Shown here in pieces: positions 1 through 9,559 of a DNA stretch of 33,820 nucleotides (the first letter of the stretch is position 1; each line of letters opens with the position of its first letter). Source of the stretch: a virus (taxonomy: Duplodnaviria; Caudoviricetes). The translations under genes and the position numbers were made by a program. A model generated the notes under the pieces. That model was not told the origin of the DNA and searched no databases. It saw nothing but the letters and a program-made list of their open reading frames with translations. The DNA is taken from the IMG/VR virus record IMGVR_UViG_3300044475_000089, positions 1 to 33,820 of that record, one strand, 5' to 3'.

Positions 1-237
1 CTGCAACTGCCCCGGGCTGTACCAGGCCTGTGGACTCGAAACGTTATCTCCCCCGCTCTGTAGTGAGTCCACCACCACAAACGACTCTGCTTTGATTTCA
101 GGGATTGAAACGTATTGGTCGAACTGTCCGTTCCCAACCACCTGCATCATCTTCAGCGATCGCACCGAAGTGATAGTCGTATCCAAGGTGATGGCTCCGG
201 CCGCATCCCGCGTCCGAAGCCCATACAGATCAGCCAT
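1..237 (-). CDS. Phage tail-associated protein downstream of the tail tip gene (partial, runs off the window)
   Basis: Read by hand: ATG at 237 overlaps the upstream stop (TGATG); open for 79 codons, MADLYGLRTRDAAGAITLDTTITSVRSLKMMQ...; not in the ORF track. Confidence 0.8.
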   Translation of the reverse strand, partial: MADLYGLRTRDAAGAITLDTTITSVRSLKMMQVVGNGQFDQYVSIPEIKAESFVVVDSLQSGGDNVSSPQAWYSPGQLQ

Positions 238-3200
238 CAGGTAAGCCTCCCTACAGCCGTGCGCTCAACGCCGTTGCCGTCGTAAACGTACAGGCCGCCA
301 TTGTTGAGCAGCGTCGAGCCGTTGGCATCCTGCCCTCGGATCGTCACTGCCCCCGTGACCATGTTGGCTTCAAACAGTGGGCGCCCCTGAGAATCCACCG
401 CCTGCGAGCGCAAGGTCATCCCCAGGATGATTTGCTGGATGAAGGCAGCGTTGATGAACGCCTGGTTGATGAACACCTGGCCGCCCTGCACCACAAATGG
501 CGACGAGAGAGTACCGTTGATGCCGTTGACAACCGCGAAGCGATCCGCCGACACCAGAAACTGGCTCTGCAAGCCGGCTGGGCCATTCTCGATGCCCAGG
601 CCGACTCCAGCGGCCACGTACTGCCCCTGAGCGTTGACCTGGAGCTTCACCGACCACATCGCGCTGGCTTTGCCGTCGAGCGCGGATTGCGCCTGGCTCA
701 CCACCTGCACCGCCGCATTGGTCTGCCCGATCGATGCTTCCAGGGTTTCCGACCGTTTCGCCTGGGCCTCGATTGCGGTTGCCCGCACTTTCGACTCCTC
801 CGAGATTTTGGCCGTGCTCTCCCAAGCCTTCAGCGCACCAGCGAGGTCACCCTCCCCACTGTCGTCCCGATCCGCCTGCGGTGTCGTGAAACTAGCTTCC
901 ATGTACCCGATGCGCTGGCCGAGGGCTTCGTCCCTGCTGGAGCTGGCTGTCGCCTCGTCAGTGATCCTGGTGTTGGCGTTGTCGACCCGCGTGTTCACCG
1001 CCTGCAGCCGTGAAGCCGTCGACGTTTCATTGTCGGCAACGGTTTTCTCCAGCTGCGCCAGACTGGCAGTGTTGTTACCGAAGCGGGCGTTGACGTCGGT
1101 GAACCGGCTGGCCGTTGCCTGCTCGTTGGTGACCACCGTTTTTTCAAGCCGGCTGATGGTTGCGACGTTGTCGCCAACGCGCGACTCAACGACCACCATC
1201 CGGGTTGCCATGGCCTCGTTCTGGGTCGCTCTGGTGCGCGATTCTTCCGTCACCTTGGCCAGCGTATCCCAACCCCGTAGCGCATCAGCCAGATCTCCCT
1301 CGCCACTGTCGTCACGGTAGGCTGCCTGGACGGCCTGCAGAGTCGCAGCCTGCGCGGCGACCTTGCCGTCAATGACCCCGATATCGCTGGTGTTCTTGCT
1401 CACCGCGCTGGCCAGCGCGCTCGACGTTTCCGCGATACTGCCGATGTCCACCCAGTAGGCCGGGTTCGGCGGAGCGTTGGCACCGCTCGCCGCTGCCGGA
1501 ACTGCCGCGATTGCCAGGTACAGGCGCTGTCCCGAGCGAACACTGTCGTTCTTGGCGTAGGCCTGGGTGGCGACATACTCGAGGGGGTCCTCCATGTCGC
1601 TGATCAGCTCCTCCAGCTCCTGCTTGGCCTGGTTGATTCGATCGTTGACCGACCCGGGAACATCGCTGGAGATCTTCTCGATTTCTTCCTGCAGGTGCTG
1701 TGCGAGCTGTGTTTCTTCGATCTGACCGGCCAGAGCCTCGAGCATCGCGGTAACGTCGTTCGACGTGGACGCGGCAATCTTCAGGAAGCCACTGACCCCG
1801 TAGGCGTTGCGGGAGCGGATGAAGTAGAAGTAGTTGGTGAAGAACGCCAGGCCGGTGTGCGTCAGGCTGAGGCCCTGCCCCAGGTAGGTCGCCTGCGCAG
1901 CGGTAGCCTGCGGATCTTCGCTGTAGAAGTACTCGTAGGTGCCGCCGTTCAGCCCGTGCTGGACGTTGCTCGGGAACAGGGTAATCGTGTCGATGGTGGA
2001 CTGAACCGTGCACGCCTCGGGAATTGGCGGCCCGTCAATGTTCACGGTGATACTGGCTTCGCCGGAGCGGGTCAGCGGACCGAGAGCGGCCACACTCATG
2101 GTGTAACTACCAGACGGCAGGCCCGACAGCGGCAGCTTGAGCGCCGTAGCCGGTACCTGCTGGGCCTGCACTGCGGCCGCGCCTTGACGAATCGTGATGG
2201 CGTAGCCCGTGACCACGCCGTAGGGCGCCACCCACGACAGGGTACCCTGTACCGACTCGGCATTTTCCTCGGTCGCCCAGGCGAGTCCGGTTGGACTACC
2301 CAGACCGCCAGCCGGCAGTTTGATGAAGCCGATCGGATTGTACGGCTGGCCCACGGCGTCGTCGAAAATTGCCGGTTCGTTCTGGGCAACCGAGACGTTG
2401 CAGCCACTGTCGGCGCTCATCGACCAGTCAGTGACGATGAACTCGCCCACGATATTCAGGGATGGCAGGTTGACCTTCACCGAGCGGCCAGGGCGGCAGT
2501 TGTAGCCCATGAAGTTCATGGGGATCGACAGGGTGCCACCTGCGCGCCGGCGGCGCAGTTCGATGTTCGCTAGGCGCTGGGCCTGGTACGGGTTGCTGAC
2601 GTAGGAGAACGACAGTGTTTCTGCCGCCTCACCGCCGTCGGCCACCACCCATTCGCTCACCGACACCTCGGGATAGTCCGTCTCGGCCCAGGCCTGTGTC
2701 GGGTCCACGAAGGTGCCGCGCACGGTGTTGATCGCCGAGTCGTTGGTCGGCTCGGTGCTACCGGTGACGGTGCCGATCACCATGTCCTCGGTGATCTCGA
2801 AGTCGTACGGGCCGTAGTAGGCCCCGACCTGTAGCATCCAGCGACCACCGACACGGATCAGCTTGCCACCGCACGCCGCCTCCAGCTTCTGCATCACCTG
2901 GGTGCGCGACTCGTCCGCGCCGATGACGCAGCCGGAGCGGTATCGCGCCGAGGTGCTGCCGTCTGCGTTGGCCAGCATCTCATCGCACACGCTGGCACTG
3001 TTGGCAAAACTCGCGAACACGATCTCATCATCCGGCACGCCGCAACGATTGCGTAGGAACCAGAGGATGTGAAGTGCAGTGTTTTCGCTGTAACCGGCGG
3101 TCCCGGTCCGAGGATCGTAGATATCCCGGCGCCCACGAAGTACGAAGCGCACATCCGGAATGCCGGAGGGATACTTCTCGGCGCTGTACTTGAACGACAG

Positions 3201-3683
3201 CCGGACGAAAGACAGGCCTCGGCCGATCTGGGTGTCGCGCCAGTCCGGGCTGTTGGCTTTCAGGAAGGCATTCACCTGAGTCGGGTTGGTGACCAGTTCA
3301 TAGGAGGCGTGCTCGCCGTAAGCCTGAACGACCTCCTCCCCCAGGAAGATGTCTTCCAAGCCATCGATCTCCCCCTCCGACAGCACGTAGACCATGTGCA
3401 ACCATTCGCCGTCAGTCTGGTCGCCGGTCTGCTCCTGCCCCCAAGCTAGAACGCCACCAGTGCTCACCCGGCCCAGCACGTACCGAGCAGCCGCCTTGGA
3501 CGAACGCAGGGTCTGGCTGGACGGTTCACTGGTGCGCAGTGAGCCGGTATCGAGCTTGTCCTGCTGCGATGCAACGTAGAACGCCATCGCTGCGCCCGCC
3601 AGCGCGCCCCAAGGCCCGCCCTGGATGAAGCCGATGGCCGCGCCGATAGCGACCTGGGCAACCTTCTTGACTGCTGAACTCAT
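237..3683 (-). CDS. Tail tip / central fibre (host-specificity, gpJ-like) protein
   Basis: 1148 aa; N-terminal tail-tip domain, FN3-like segments, coiled-coil repeats, and C-terminal 'MWSVKLQV...YVAAGVGLGIE...SQFLVSADRFAV...PFVVQGGQVFI' typical of the DUF1983 end of J-like proteins. Confidence 0.9.
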   Translation of the reverse strand: MSSAVKKVAQVAIGAAIGFIQGGPWGALAGAAMAFYVASQQDKLDTGSLRTSEPSSQTLRSSKAAARYVLGRVSTGGVLAWGQEQTGDQTDGEWLHMVYVLSEGEIDGLEDIFLGEEVVQAYGEHASYELVTNPTQVNAFLKANSPDWRDTQIGRGLSFVRLSFKYSAEKYPSGIPDVRFVLRGRRDIYDPRTGTAGYSENTALHILWFLRNRCGVPDDEIVFASFANSASVCDEMLANADGSTSARYRSGCVIGADESRTQVMQKLEAACGGKLIRVGGRWMLQVGAYYGPYDFEITEDMVIGTVTGSTEPTNDSAINTVRGTFVDPTQAWAETDYPEVSVSEWVVADGGEAAETLSFSYVSNPYQAQRLANIELRRRRAGGTLSIPMNFMGYNCRPGRSVKVNLPSLNIVGEFIVTDWSMSADSGCNVSVAQNEPAIFDDAVGQPYNPIGFIKLPAGGLGSPTGLAWATEENAESVQGTLSWVAPYGVVTGYAITIRQGAAAVQAQQVPATALKLPLSGLPSGSYTMSVAALGPLTRSGEASITVNIDGPPIPEACTVQSTIDTITLFPSNVQHGLNGGTYEYFYSEDPQATAAQATYLGQGLSLTHTGLAFFTNYFYFIRSRNAYGVSGFLKIAASTSNDVTAMLEALAGQIEETQLAQHLQEEIEKISSDVPGSVNDRINQAKQELEELISDMEDPLEYVATQAYAKNDSVRSGQRLYLAIAAVPAAASGANAPPNPAYWVDIGSIAETSSALASAVSKNTSDIGVIDGKVAAQAATLQAVQAAYRDDSGEGDLADALRGWDTLAKVTEESRTRATQNEAMATRMVVVESRVGDNVATISRLEKTVVTNEQATASRFTDVNARFGNNTASLAQLEKTVADNETSTASRLQAVNTRVDNANTRITDEATASSSRDEALGQRIGYMEASFTTPQADRDDSGEGDLAGALKAWESTAKISEESKVRATAIEAQAKRSETLEASIGQTNAAVQVVSQAQSALDGKASAMWSVKLQVNAQGQYVAAGVGLGIENGPAGLQSQFLVSADRFAVVNGINGTLSSPFVVQGGQVFINQAFINAAFIQQIILGMTLRSQAVDSQGRPLFEANMVTGAVTIRGQDANGSTLLNNGGLYVYDGNGVERTAVGRLT

Positions 3684-4078
3684 TCAACTCTCCACACCGT
3701 CAACGGTTCACACTCGATACGCCCGACCCCATCGGGGGACACCGACCAGAACTCATCCGCCCAGAACACCGCCACGCCTCGCCCGTTGGGGCCGTCGTAC
3801 AGGGCGATGTCGCCGCGCTGCAGCAGGCCTGGCTGGATGCGGACAAAGCAGGCATCCCAGGCGGCCTCCAGCGAGCCGTGCAGCTTCTTCAGCAGGCGCT
3901 TGGCTCCGGCCTCAGATGAATACCGGCCTCGATACGCTTCGGCAGGATCGACACCGCACACCGCCTTGGCGCAGTCGGCTGCAAACAGGCAGCAGTCAAA
4001 TTCGCCCCATGAAAAAGGCCGCTCGGTGGCGGCCTTGATCGTGTTGGCGAGCTGTGTCGTCCAATCGCGCTTTCGCAT
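3680..4078 (-). CDS. NlpC/P60-like tail assembly protein (DUF6950-like)
   Basis: Start re-called at ATG 4078 (MRKRDW); motif 'PFSWGEFDCCLFAADC'; ATGA overlap with the tail tip gene. Confidence 0.8.
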   Translation of the reverse strand: MRKRDWTTQLANTIKAATERPFSWGEFDCCLFAADCAKAVCGVDPAEAYRGRYSSEAGAKRLLKKLHGSLEAAWDACFVRIQPGLLQRGDIALYDGPNGRGVAVFWADEFWSVSPDGVGRIECEPLTVWRVE

Positions 4079-4080
4079 GG

Positions 4081-4686
4081 CTATGTCTCGTAGGTGAACT
4101 TCGGTGCGTCCTTGGAGGCGCCCCAGTAGATGGGCCAGTCGGCGATTTGGGCGATGGCGAAGAAGAAGCGGTCGTCCTGCCGGCGAGCCCGGTGATTCTC
4201 GTCGGTCCAGCGCTCGGTACCGGTCCGGTTCCACTCGGCCATGCGATCGATGAGCGGGACCGTGATGCTGTTGCCCTCCTCGCCGTTGCCCGCGTAGGAG
4301 AATTTGGCGGCGTCCATGCGCCCACTGAACAGGATATCGGCGGCATAGCTACCGTCCTGGTCGAACACCACGAACATCAGCTTGCCGTTGCGCCCCCGGC
4401 ACCCCTTCAGCGAGGTTTCAGTGATGATCTGGGCGTCCAGGCCGTTGAGCGTCAGGTCCACCGACATGGGCGAACCCGAGTTGCTGCTCTCCTGCGACTG
4501 GCCGACCTCCCCGAAGCTGCCGACGCCCTGATAGGTGATGCCACCGATCACCAGGTCGCCGGTACCGGTATGCGCGAAGACCATCCCATCGGGGAAATCC
4601 AGCTGGCAGGCGTAAACCGCCATGAAGTTGCCCTTGGCGATGATGTCGACGACTGTCTGGCTGAACGGAAAAACACCGGTGGCCAT
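4081..4686 (-). CDS. Minor tail / hub protein
   Basis: Start re-called at ATG 4686 (MATGVFPF, TGATG overlap); 'HTGTGDLVIGGITYQGVGSFG' and 'RWTDENHRARRQDDRFF' motifs; position in the tail-tip module. Confidence 0.75.
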   Translation of the reverse strand: MATGVFPFSQTVVDIIAKGNFMAVYACQLDFPDGMVFAHTGTGDLVIGGITYQGVGSFGEVGQSQESSNSGSPMSVDLTLNGLDAQIITETSLKGCRGRNGKLMFVVFDQDGSYAADILFSGRMDAAKFSYAGNGEEGNSITVPLIDRMAEWNRTGTERWTDENHRARRQDDRFFFAIAQIADWPIYWGASKDAPKFTYET

Positions 4687-5270
4687 CAGAATGCCTCCCG
4701 AAATTGCAGAGTCGAGTTCGAAACCACCGGCTGGGTGGTCCATTCGTTGGTGTCATCCATGCGGCGCATCTCGCAGTAGGGATTCTTGTACTCCACCGCA
4801 CTGCCGACCGGGATCAGCTTGCGGATGCGCTTGTTCACCGCAATCACGGCTTTGCCAGCGGCGTCGGTGGAGGCGTGCTCCACCACCTCGAACATCTCCC
4901 CGCTGATGGTGATGAGATCGCCGCGGCTGAATACCGGCTGGCTGGGCAGCATGCCTTGCAGCTGCATGACGCTGGCCTGGGCATTGGCGACTGCCACCGT
5001 CGGCGTGCCGATGTTGTCCACCCGCACTCGGGTGAGGTACGGGATGTTTACCGTGCCGAACATCCCGTGCAGGCGGCCCAGCAGCGAGGTCAGTTCGCGT
5101 TCGTCCTCCTCATACAGAACGCCGAAATTCATGGTGCATTTCCAGTAGGAGCCAGGCTGAGCCACGATCTGCTGCGAATTTGACAGCGAAGAACTGAAGC
5201 CCCGGTTGTTGTAGACGACACCCCAGGTGACCTCAGTGGGCTCCAGGTCCTCGGGCCATTCCTCCGCCAT
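4686..5270 (-). CDS. Distal tail protein-like minor tail protein
   Basis: 194 aa ORF immediately after the tape measure gene; GGAG RBS; called by synteny. Confidence 0.7.
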   Translation of the reverse strand: MAEEWPEDLEPTEVTWGVVYNNRGFSSSLSNSQQIVAQPGSYWKCTMNFGVLYEEDERELTSLLGRLHGMFGTVNIPYLTRVRVDNIGTPTVAVANAQASVMQLQGMLPSQPVFSRGDLITISGEMFEVVEHASTDAAGKAVIAVNKRIRKLIPVGSAVEYKNPYCEMRRMDDTNEWTTQPVVSNSTLQFREAF

Positions 5271-5281
5271 TGGGTCACTCC

Positions 5282-5306
5282 AAAAAGAAAGCCCGCCGAA
5301 GCGGGC
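5282..5306 (-). terminator. Intrinsic terminator after the tape measure gene
   Basis: Minus strand GCCCGC-TTCG-GCGGGC followed by TTTCTTTTT. Confidence 0.75.
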
Positions 5307-5315
5307 CGAGCATAG

Positions 5316-8300
5316 TTATCGCCGCTGCAGCATCTGCCGCCCGGCGCCGTTGGTCTTGAAGTCTCGCAGCATCAGCTCATAGCCATCCCGCGCCCCCTGC
5401 TCGGCGGCACGCCGGACATCGGCCAGGGTGGCAGCGTTGGCCTGCCCTGACACCTGGATGTGCTGGGTGATGCCGCCAAAGGTAATCGAGGATTCTCCGC
5501 CACCTCCACCGGCGCCGGCAGCCATGACGCCAAGGGAGCCATCCGGCCCCCGGTGAAGCGGCAGAATTGCTTCGGGACCGGCCTCGGCGAAGATCCCCGC
5601 GCCCTTGGCAAAGGCGAACATCTGCGGGCTGTCGTACACCCCGCCGGAGAAGGCAGACAGGCTGGGCGAGTCGTAGACCCCGCCCTTTGCATTCGCGACG
5701 AACGAACCTTCGCTGAATCCGGTCATGGTGCCCTTCCCCAGCGCCGCCCCACCGCCGCCCAGGAAGCCGAACGCCGAACTGAGGAAGCCGGCGGCCGCCT
5801 GACGCACCTGGATGCGAATCAGGTCCTCAATGATCGCGTCCGCGAAGTCCTTGAACGACGCCTTGCCGGTCTTGATGAACTGGACGATGCCGTCTTCGAG
5901 GTTGCTGAACGCATTGGTGAACAGCTCCTGCGTCTGGCCGGCTACATCGGCGGCGCTGTCGAGATAGTTTTCCAGGGCTGCTGTGGCACCGCTCGACCAG
6001 CTCGACTGCGCCTCATCGACCCGCTGGAAATAGTTCTGCTGGGCCGCGAGACGCTTGTTGAGCTCGTCGGCGAGGACCTGTGTTTCCTGCTGGTAGAGCT
6101 CCGGGCTGATCTGCCCGGTGTTGCGCTGCTCGTTCAGGGAGTTGAGGTCTTCCACGTACTTCTGGCGTAGCGCCAGCTCCGCCCGCATGCGATCGCGCGC
6201 TTTGTCACCTCTACCGATCCCGGCAAGGTCCTGGTCGTAGCCATTGACCGCGGTCTGAGTACCGGTGGCTTGAGCCGCCTTGAACGCACTGAGTTTCAGG
6301 GCGTCCTCGTTGGCCTTCTTGATCTTGTTGAGCGAATCGAGCTCGGCGGCCAGCTCCAGCAGGTGTTTTTGCTGGGCCTTCGACAGGTTGCCAAGCTTAC
6401 CTTCCTGCAGCTCGAACGACAGCTTGGCGACCTCGGTGGCATCCTTCTGCTTATCGCCGGTAGTGTTGATCAGCTGAATTTGCCGCTTGTAGCCTTCCTC
6501 GGTGGACTCGAAGTCCTTTAGCTGTTTTTTGGCGGACTGCTCGGCTTCGGATGCGCCCTTTCGGCGTGCCTTGGTGGCATCGTCGTCAGCTTTCTTCTGT
6601 GCGTCCCTGGCCGCTGCAACCGAAAGGATTGCTGCCTTCTCGCTTTCAGTTAGGTCAACCCTCTCTGCGATGTAGCGCTTCGCCGCATCAGTGTTGGTCT
6701 TGTCCTGCGCCGAGGCCAGCTGCTTCAGTTGCTGATCGAGATACTTCTGGGTTTCCTGGGCTGTTGCTGCCCGAGCCGCTGCGTTCTGCCTTTCAGCCTT
6801 CGTATTCGCATCAGTCTCACCCGTCAGCTCAGCCATGGCCTGCTTGAGACGATTGATTGCTTCTGCTTTCTCGGTCGCCGCACCGCCGCTTTCCTCCAGG
6901 GCATCGGCCATTTCTGCGGTGACGCCTGGAACTTCCCTGATACGATCAGCGACCTCCTTCCAGTCGACAGCCATTCCGGCAGCCTGATCGGCCGAGGCTT
7001 TCTTCACGATGTCCATCGCCGCCTGGAACTCGGCCGGCAGCGGCGCGATGCCGCCCATGAACCCTGACGCGCCCGCCAATCCTGCATTGGTGAGGCTGCT
7101 CTGGAACTCGAATGCGATCGATCCGGCGGCAGTTGACAGCTCACTCTCTGCATCCTCGATCGAAGCTTTCAGCTCGCGCAGGGTAACGGACTGGGTGGCA
7201 CGGTTTAGTTTGTTGAAACGGTCAACCAGCTTGTCAATTGGGTCGTTGAGATCACCCAGCTTTTCCTCAAGGACGCTGGTGTTGTCACGCAGAGTGAGGA
7301 AGGCAGTTGCGGCACCGATTGCAAGGGCTGCTATACCAGCGGGCCCTCCAAGAACCCCCATGACCCCCAGAGAGGCGCGACTAACAGTTGCTTGGGCCGC
7401 CGCAACTGCGTTCGTTGCTCGCGTTTCAAGCATCCTCGCCTCAGCGAGTTGCAGCGACATCTGGGTCTGTACAGCAGTCCCACGCGCAGCAACGGCCTCT
7501 TTTTCGGCCAGAAAGACTGCTGTTTGAGCCTTCTGCTGCTCAGCCTGCGCGGCAAGCAAAACAGCAGTCGCCTGGGCCTTCCGTGCGATGGCGTCCGAGA
7601 TAGCACTTTTGGTCGCTGCAAGTGAAGCTGCGGCACTACCGGCAAGGCTCCGAGCGTAGCCCGCAAGTGCACCCACAGCGACAACACCAGCGATATTCGC
7701 CAGCGATTCGAAGTTGTCCCCGATGACGCTGATACCCTGAGCTAAAATCCCAGTTCCATCAGTGGTCTCGTTCAAGCGACCTATATAAACAGAGAAGGCG
7801 TTGCTGAGATTCTGCAGTGCATCACGTACCGCTACACCCATGCTGTCAGCCAGTTCACCGTTTGCCTGTGCCGACTTCTGCAAGCCTTCGGTGAGGATAT
7901 CTAGACTGAGCTTGCCGTCTGCCCCGAGAGAGCGGATCTCCTCAGCGCTCTTACCGGTCGCTTTTGCTAGGGTGTCTACGATGGTTGGCATTGCCGCCAG
8001 AATCGACTGCCAACCATCAGCCTCGACCTTACCAGTCTGCAGCGCTTTGGAATATGCATCAATAGCAGAGGCTGCTTTGTCAGTACTGGCAGAGTTGGTA
8101 ACAAGCAGGAAACTGAAACTGTCCATCACATCCAGCGCTTCGCTGGTGTTGTACCCCATGGACTTCAGGCTGTCTGCCGTCCGGATGTACAGTTCCTGGG
8201 CTTCACTCAGGGGGCGATAAGTGCGTTTGGCCGTGTCTAGCAACCTGTCCTGCACCAGGTTGTATTCATTGACGCTGGAGGTCGCCAGCCCCATTCGATC

Positions 8301-8570
8301 CGACATCTGTGAGTAGGAGTCGGCGACATCGATAATGGAACGGACCGAGGCAGCGCCCACTGCCACGGCTAGAGCATTCTTGATCAGGGCGCCGGCGCTC
8401 TGAGCGCTTTCCCCTGCCCGATCAAAGCTCTCGTCAATTTGAGCAAGGCCGCGGTCTATCGCCGTGGCACCTTGAGCAACAGTGGACTCAGCTCTTGCGA
8501 TTTCAGAGCGAAGCTGAGCAGTGGTCGCTTCAATACGGACCAGCATCCCCTGGATGTCTGAATCTGCCAT
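5316..8570 (-). CDS. Tail tape measure protein
   Basis: 1084 aa, Ala-rich and helical; N-terminal tape-measure domain, lambda-type C-terminal segment 'ALENYLDSAADVAGQTQELFTNAFSNLEDGIVQF' and 'AEAGPEAILPL'. Confidence 0.95.
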   Translation of the reverse strand: MADSDIQGMLVRIEATTAQLRSEIARAESTVAQGATAIDRGLAQIDESFDRAGESAQSAGALIKNALAVAVGAASVRSIIDVADSYSQMSDRMGLATSSVNEYNLVQDRLLDTAKRTYRPLSEAQELYIRTADSLKSMGYNTSEALDVMDSFSFLLVTNSASTDKAASAIDAYSKALQTGKVEADGWQSILAAMPTIVDTLAKATGKSAEEIRSLGADGKLSLDILTEGLQKSAQANGELADSMGVAVRDALQNLSNAFSVYIGRLNETTDGTGILAQGISVIGDNFESLANIAGVVAVGALAGYARSLAGSAAASLAATKSAISDAIARKAQATAVLLAAQAEQQKAQTAVFLAEKEAVAARGTAVQTQMSLQLAEARMLETRATNAVAAAQATVSRASLGVMGVLGGPAGIAALAIGAATAFLTLRDNTSVLEEKLGDLNDPIDKLVDRFNKLNRATQSVTLRELKASIEDAESELSTAAGSIAFEFQSSLTNAGLAGASGFMGGIAPLPAEFQAAMDIVKKASADQAAGMAVDWKEVADRIREVPGVTAEMADALEESGGAATEKAEAINRLKQAMAELTGETDANTKAERQNAAARAATAQETQKYLDQQLKQLASAQDKTNTDAAKRYIAERVDLTESEKAAILSVAAARDAQKKADDDATKARRKGASEAEQSAKKQLKDFESTEEGYKRQIQLINTTGDKQKDATEVAKLSFELQEGKLGNLSKAQQKHLLELAAELDSLNKIKKANEDALKLSAFKAAQATGTQTAVNGYDQDLAGIGRGDKARDRMRAELALRQKYVEDLNSLNEQRNTGQISPELYQQETQVLADELNKRLAAQQNYFQRVDEAQSSWSSGATAALENYLDSAADVAGQTQELFTNAFSNLEDGIVQFIKTGKASFKDFADAIIEDLIRIQVRQAAAGFLSSAFGFLGGGGAALGKGTMTGFSEGSFVANAKGGVYDSPSLSAFSGGVYDSPQMFAFAKGAGIFAEAGPEAILPLHRGPDGSLGVMAAGAGGGGGESSITFGGITQHIQVSGQANAATLADVRRAAEQGARDGYELMLRDFKTNGAGRQMLQRR

Positions 8571-8587
8571 GCCGATCTCCAGGCAAT

Positions 8588-8610
8588 AAAAAGCCCGGCA
8601 TCGCCGGGCT
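8588..8610 (-). terminator. Intrinsic terminator after the membrane moron
   Basis: Minus strand AGCCCGGC-GAT-GCCGGGCT followed by a T run. Confidence 0.75.
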
Positions 8611-8631
8611 CAAGAAAAATGAATACGGGTA

Positions 8632-8889
8632 TCAATCGGGCCTTCTATTGGCCCGGTTCGCGGCATCGGCAACTTTCCTAGCTCTCTTTTCGAGGCGCTC
8701 TTGTTGCTTTACCGGGTCGCCCAGGTATCGCAGCACAAGCGCTGCAATACCAAGAACGAGGGCAGCTCCGAGACAGAAGACAACAAAAGCCGCTCCTCCG
8801 GCGACTACGACAGTCGCAATTACCTCCAACATCCAGGGAGCTATCAGGACAATGATTACTAGAAGCGCCAATAGGATAAGTAGCTGCAT
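8632..8889 (-). CDS. Small membrane protein (moron), candidate superinfection exclusion
   Basis: 85 aa; about 50 hydrophobic N-terminal residues and a basic tail; AT-richer than its neighbours; own terminator; lies between the tail chaperone and tape measure genes. Confidence 0.75.
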   Translation of the reverse strand: MQLLILLALLVIIVLIAPWMLEVIATVVVAGGAAFVVFCLGAALVLGIAALVLRYLGDPVKQQERLEKRARKVADAANRANRRPD

Positions 8890-8939
8890 GGATCCATCCC
8901 CAAAACAAATCGGGGTATAGGATAACTCCCGAGCTCAAC

Positions 8940-9194
8940 TCAAGCAGCCCTTCTGCCCGTTAGCGCCTGCCGCAGCTTCTCCGCCACCGTAGTAGGTTTC
9001 GGCTTCTCCTGCTGCTGCCCCGCCTTGCCGGAGCCAAAGGGATTTGTCATCTGCACCCACTCAATCCTGGCATCCATCGCCATGAACAGCTCGGGCAGTG
9101 GGGTACGCCAAGCGGTATCGGGTGACCACCCCAACCAGCCTGTAGCGATCGAGAACAGCCGGTCGACGTAACTTCCGTCTTCAACGGCGCTCAC
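8940..9194 (-). CDS. Tail assembly chaperone, frameshift extension (gpT part of gpGT)
   Basis: 'LFSIATGWLGWSPDTAWRTPLPEL' motif; lies in the -1 frame reached from the GGGAAAG site in the upstream gene. Confidence 0.85.
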   Translation of the reverse strand: MSAVEDGSYVDRLFSIATGWLGWSPDTAWRTPLPELFMAMDARIEWVQMTNPFGSGKAGQQQEKPKPTTVAEKLRQALTGRRAA

Positions 9195-9520
9195 GCCGCC
9201 CCGGCTTGATCCTTTCCCTTGTCGACGCCGCGAGGGTTATAGAGCGCGACGATGTAGGCGTTGAGCTGCGTTGATACTTCGAGCACGCCCGCCTGCCAGA
9301 CCTTCTCGGTCACATCTTCGGCAGCCTTGCCTTCCAGGCCAGCACCGGCGGCTAGGATGATCGCGCAACCCTCCACACTCAGGGCGTTAATCGTCTGAGA
9401 GGCGCCGCGCAGACCTCCAAAGCGGTTCTCGATTGCGCGAACGGCCTTGAGGGTGGGCTGCAGCGTGAATTCCTCGTCACCCAGCTTCACGGTGACGGTA
9501 CCGTGCAACGTATTGTTCAT
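9191..9520 (-). CDS. Tail assembly chaperone (gpG-like)
   Basis: 109 aa, directly after the tail tube gene; ends with a slippery heptamer. Confidence 0.85.
   Translation of the reverse strand: MNNTLHGTVTVKLGDEEFTLQPTLKAVRAIENRFGGLRGASQTINALSVEGCAIILAAGAGLEGKAAEDVTEKVWQAGVLEVSTQLNAYIVALYNPRGVDKGKDQAGAA
9212..9218 (-). other. Programmed -1 ribosomal frameshift site G GGA AAG
   Basis: Minus strand AAG GGA AAG GAT; identical to the lambda G/T heptamer and correctly phased; the -1 frame is open into 8940..9194. Confidence 0.9.
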
Positions 9521-9559
9521 GGATCAGGTCCTGTGTTGCCGGGGCCGAAGCCCCGGGTG

